From Antedon mediterranea (Eukaryota > Animalia > Echinodermata), in assembly GCF_964355755.1 (NCBI RefSeq), contig NC_092670.1:41269588-41333587 (forward strand): DNA of 64,000 bases, given 5' to 3'. Each line of letters opens with the position of its first letter. Position 1 is the stretch's first letter. The notes under the pieces were generated by a model. That model saw only the letters and a program-made list of their open reading frames with translations, ran no database searches and was not told the DNA's origin. Shown piece after piece: positions 61,901-64,000 of the stretch. The translations under genes and the position numbers were made by a program.

Positions 61901-63575
61901 AGGTCTACAATACCTAACCAAATAATAGTTTACATTTAAATTGAATACTATGCTTGGTCAAGTATCTGCCTTAATCGGTAAGTCGTAGGCCTACAATACC
62001 TAACCAAATAATAGTTTACATTTAAATTAAATACTATGCTTGGTCAAGTATCTGCCTTAATCGGTAAGTCGTAGGCCTACAATACCTAACCAAATAATAG
62101 TTTACATTTAAATTATATACTATGCTTGGTCAAGTATCTGCCTTAATCGGTAAGTCGTAGGCCTACAATACCTAACCAAATAATAGTTTACATTTAAATT
62201 AAATACTATTGTTGTTAATGCTTGAACAGATTTGACCAATCACAAGCGATGGATATTTAGAACTGTCATGGGTCAACACGCTCTTGTGGTCAGATGCTCG
62301 GATACTGACATGCTAATTATTAATCTTTGAATTAAAATTATTTTGAATTCATGTTGAATGTATTACTAATAAAATACCCTTCCTTAGGCTATAGGTACAG
62401 TAAATCTATAACATTTTAGACCTATTATGCCTACACTTCATCAACAATGCTCGATTTGAATGCACATGATTTTTAGTTGGTAGGCGATGTCCTCTTCCTA
62501 AGTTTAATTTTGATTACCCCATAATATTTGTATTAGCAGTCCTAAAAATTGTGTATATTTACTACTTCTATCAATTTAAATTATAGATTATGTTTGTTTA
62601 ATTTAAGGTAGCAGTATCTGGCTCGTTATCGCAACGGTAGTACGATTACCAGTATCTGGTACACACAGCATAGTTGGTGCAGTCATTGGCTACCATGTAG
62701 TGGTGTTTGGTCTTGAGGGTATACAATGGTCGGAGTTAGGTAAAATCGGTAAGAGTACGATTACCAGTATCTGGTACACACAGCATAGTTGGTGCAGTAA
62801 TTAGCTGCCATGTAGTAGTGTTTGGTCTTGAGGGTATACAATGGTCGGAGTTAGGTAAAATCGTAAGAGAATACATATATAGGTATAAAACAAGGAACTT
62901 GCGACGGTATACAATTATGTTAGGTTTTCACCTTTGGTATCTATTTCGATAGATAAAATCGTAAATTGAATCGTACATTGATAAACATTGATATAAAATA
63001 ATGATGTCGGTTGAAACTATTGTTGTTTTTACCTATAGTAATATCGTGGTTTACAAACTATTGTTGTTTTTACCTATAGTGATATCGTGGTTTACAAACT
63101 ATTGTTGTTTTTACCTATAGTGATATCGTGGTTTACAAACTATTGTTGTTTTTACCTATAGTGATATCGTGGTTTACAAACTATTGTTGTTTTTACCTAT
63201 AGTGATATCGTGGTTTACAAACTATTGTTGTTTTTACCTATAGTGATATCGTGGTTTACAAACTATTGTTGTTTTTACCTATAGTGATATCGTGGTTTAC
63301 AAACTATTGTTGTTTTTACCTATAGTGATATCGTGGTTTACAAACTATTGTTGTTTTTACCTATAGTGATATCGTGGTTTAATAACTATTGTTGTTTTTA
63401 CCTATAGTGATATCGTGGTTTACAAACTATTGTTGTTTTTACCTATAGTGATATCGTGGTTTACAAACTATTGTTGTTTTTACCTATAGTGATATCGTGG
63501 TTTACATCGCCTGTCCTATCTGGATTGTTATCCATATTTTTCTTTTATATTCTTCTAAAAACGGTTTTATTGAAG
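55988..63575 (+). CDS. SLC20A1: Sodium-dependent phosphate transporter SLC20/PiT family, 5' part (continues beyond window)
   Basis: Exons 55988-55993 (ATG TCG|GTAAGT; alternative start 55930), 60502 (or 60518)-60856, 62608-62748, 63490-63575. Signature motifs [48 protein letters not shown]20A1 versus A2 is not resolvable. Confidence 0.93.
56052..60512. repeat. 103-bp satellite, ~43 copies, each containing the SLC20 3' splice site
   Basis: Unit tgtag|attacaacaa(a/t)tgggatcgtgtcaatcttgtccagttagaggtgctgacattagttctattctcgagaatagtaatc(a/g)tgactattattatttgtaca. Confidence 0.98.
60829..62209. repeat. 86-bp tandem repeat x16 spanning an SLC20 exon end and donor
   Basis: Unit atgcttggtcaagtatctgccttaatcg|gtaagtcgtaggcctacaatacctaaccaaataatagtttacatttaaattaaatact. 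Confidence 0.98.
63014..63506. repeat. 41-bp tandem repeat x12 spanning an SLC20 acceptor and exon start
   Basis: Unit aaactattgttgtttttacctatag|tgatatcgtggtttac. Confidence 0.98.
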
Positions 63576-64000
63576 GTAAGTATTTTGTTCTAGTAACTTT
63601 TGTAAGTAGTTTAGCTTTACATTTACATTCTCGAAAACAGAGACTCCCTTGATAGAACACAACATTGAACATTTTAGTGGGCGTTTTGTTTTAGAGATTT
63701 ATGAAAAGAGAAAACCACTATAAGAAAACAATATTAAAAGAATGTTTAAATCTCTCGAAAACAGAGAATCCGGTACAATATTGTAAGACATTTGGCAGCC
63801 ATTTTGAATTTTGTCGGCCATCTTTTTGAGTCGTGACATACTCATTTATAGGTTACATTCTGATGATAACAGCCTAACATTTATCAATCAATCATAATCA
63901 TACCCAAATATTGTTTACCGAGTTTTTTTTAATTATAAAAATAAATTGTCTAGGATAATCCTTTGGAGCCAGGTTTGAAGTCACTACCTGTTTGGTATTC

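Noticed and set aside
63620-64000. Another mobile element at the window end
   Set aside because: Repeat-like motifs (ctcgaaaacagaga x2, gccattttg) but no termini visible; insufficient evidence.

Overview
AT-rich, intron-containing metazoan genomic DNA. The Nin-type SINE, Kolobok/AcademH/Helentron-like repeats and gene style suggest a marine invertebrate such as an echinoderm (inference). Genes were reconstructed by hand from GT-AG exons: an uncharacterised gene with a single coding exon (-), DTWD1 (+), a small secreted prepropeptide-like gene (+), a signal peptide/7xEGF/Ser-Thr stalk/GPI-like protein (+), UQCC2 (+), SERINC1/3-like (-) and the 5' part of an SLC20 (PiT) phosphate transporter (+). 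About half of the window is tandem repeat or non-autonomous DNA transposon. Main observations: (1) tandem arrays that copy splice sites up to ~43 times with strict polarity (functional donor = first copy, functional acceptor = last copy); (2) a 12.7-kb nest of elements with readable TSDs, in which two unrelated elements hit the same site of two copies of an AcademH-like host; (3) 20-35-bp palindromic micro-insertions with 7-bp TSDs; (4) a twice-present motif-plus-hairpin cassette that looks like an unannotated structured RNA; (5) candidate SERINC microexons. All calls come from reading the sequence; no searches were run.
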